Shown: one piece after another, positions 62,833-64,000 of the stretch
How positions within the stretch are numbered: the first letter of the stretch is position 1
Layout: each line of letters starts with the position of its first letter
Assembly: GCA_973895155.1 (NCBI GenBank)
Contig: OZ316896.1
Span: 10,902,795-10,966,794, forward strand
Origin: Marsupella aquatica
Lineage: Eukaryota > Plantae > Marchantiophyta
Reading direction: 5' to 3'
Length of the DNA stretch: 64,000 nucleotides
Notes under the pieces: generated by a model
What the model saw: the letters and a program-made list of their open reading frames with translations, nothing else
Databases searched by the model: none
Told to the model about the DNA's origin: nothing
Translations under genes and position numbers: made by a program

Positions 62833-63049
62833 CTCTTTTCCGCGCTACTTCCCCTTTATCGACTCTCTCGTTTCCTTGTCACCTGCGCTTTCGGATATCT
62901 ACAGACCAGGGAACTGACGCTCGAACAAGCGCGGCCCCCATAACACGCATTACATTTCTGTCCCTAATAAAGTGACCAAAACTTTTCTTGCTGGGTCCCG
63001 CTTGACTACAAAAACATTGGTCAGGGCAAACCTTGTTGTGCAGAGTCTG

Positions 63050-63270
63050 GTAGCAAGCAGGCAAGGGTCTGATAGCAAGCAGGCAAACTTTTGCAGTACC
63101 TTCTTTGTTGGTTCGGGTGGCAAGCAGGCAAACTTTCGCAATACTTTCTTTGTTGGTTCGGGTAGCAACCAGGCACACTTTTGCAGTACTTTATTTGTTG
63201 GTTCTGGTAGCAACCAGGCAAACTTTCGCAATACTATCTTTGTTGGTTCTGGTAGCAACCGGGAAAACTT
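63050..63270. repeat. 45-bp minisatellite (~5 units) upstream of the GRAS start, probably in a 5'-UTR intron
   Basis: agcaa(c/g)caggcaaactt(t/c)gca(g/a)tac...tttgttggttc(g/t)ggt repeated. Acceptor-like aagcgcag on the minus strand at ~62883. Confidence 0.88.
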
Positions 63271-64000
63271 GGCCAGTGAAAGCTGGCAGCATAATGCATA
63301 CTCTCCCCAAGTGTTGCTTCCATTGGCTTTACCACAGGAATCAAAATCATGGTTTGGGTTTAAAAACATTATGGTCTTCCATGAGAGTCCAAATCAAAGA
63401 ATGAAGAAAGACAGGAAGGGAAAAGGACCAGAGCTTGTGCTATCCCCTGCAAAGAAGGCACGAGAAATTCAAACCTCACATCCAGTGAGATTATAGTATT
63501 TAAAAATTAGAAGTGAGAGGACCCAAGAAGCCAAAATCTCGGAAGGTAGAGGCAGCAGATGTTTGAAGAGGCTTCAAATTTGGATGGACACATGGGAGCT
63601 ATAGGACTTCACTATGCAGTTCAGACCTGTCCCTCTTCTAACTCACTCTTGCCCCCATCGCACCAAAACCACACCAGGCATAAGTGCACCTCACCAGACT
63701 GGCTTTTGTTGCATGGGTCCCACCAAGCTATTTTTTCCAAAGTGACTGTAAAGCTAGGTGCACAAACCAAAGCCAGTTTTACGTTACATTCATATTAGTT
63801 AGTTCACCAGTTGTCCATCTACAACCAGAGTTAGAGTGAGAATGTGTTGACCATGTTGGGTTAGGACAGGGTGTAAGCAAGAGAAATGCTAAGATCTTGG
63901 ATGGATAAATCCATGTTGGCTATTATGTCCTCTTGGAAGTAAATCCAAACATAAAATAAGATTTTGTCATTCTATCTTAAGGAACTTAAAGTCATGATGG

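Overview
Land-plant nuclear DNA (probably a non-seed plant; inference). It holds two clear intronless host genes, a plastid YbaB/EbfC-family gene (12169-12741, -) and a LISCL/SCL14-type GRAS gene (60673-62832, -). Between them lies a dense nest of transposons. The main structure is a 26.8-kb DNA transposon at 23072-49871. Its ends are 24-bp TIRs (22/24 identical) flanked by a 4-bp CAAA duplication, and removing it restores the reading frame of the CRE-like retroelement remnant it split. It encodes a Sola1-like (DUF7869-type) DDE transposase, a small Cys-rich basic protein and a large spliced cargo gene. The cargo gene joins a charged helical repeat region and a Ulp1/C48 SUMO protease to three FCP1-like HAD domains with degenerate active sites. 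About 17 copies of the spaced palindrome TCACGCG-N6-CGCGTKA mark its non-coding DNA (subtermini, three introns, a 253-bp tandem array), which resembles the VANDAL/VANC anti-silencing layout in a different superfamily. Nested in it are a young Copia element (25184-31787), a MITE, and a 4.7-kb TG..CA solo-LTR-like insert with an intact 1160-aa ORF. The window also has a decayed long-TIR MULE (14216-21072), three copies of an 8-bp-TSD MITE family, a cluster of small hydrophobic ORFs, minisatellites and pseudogene fragments. All family calls come from motifs recognised by eye; no database search was run.
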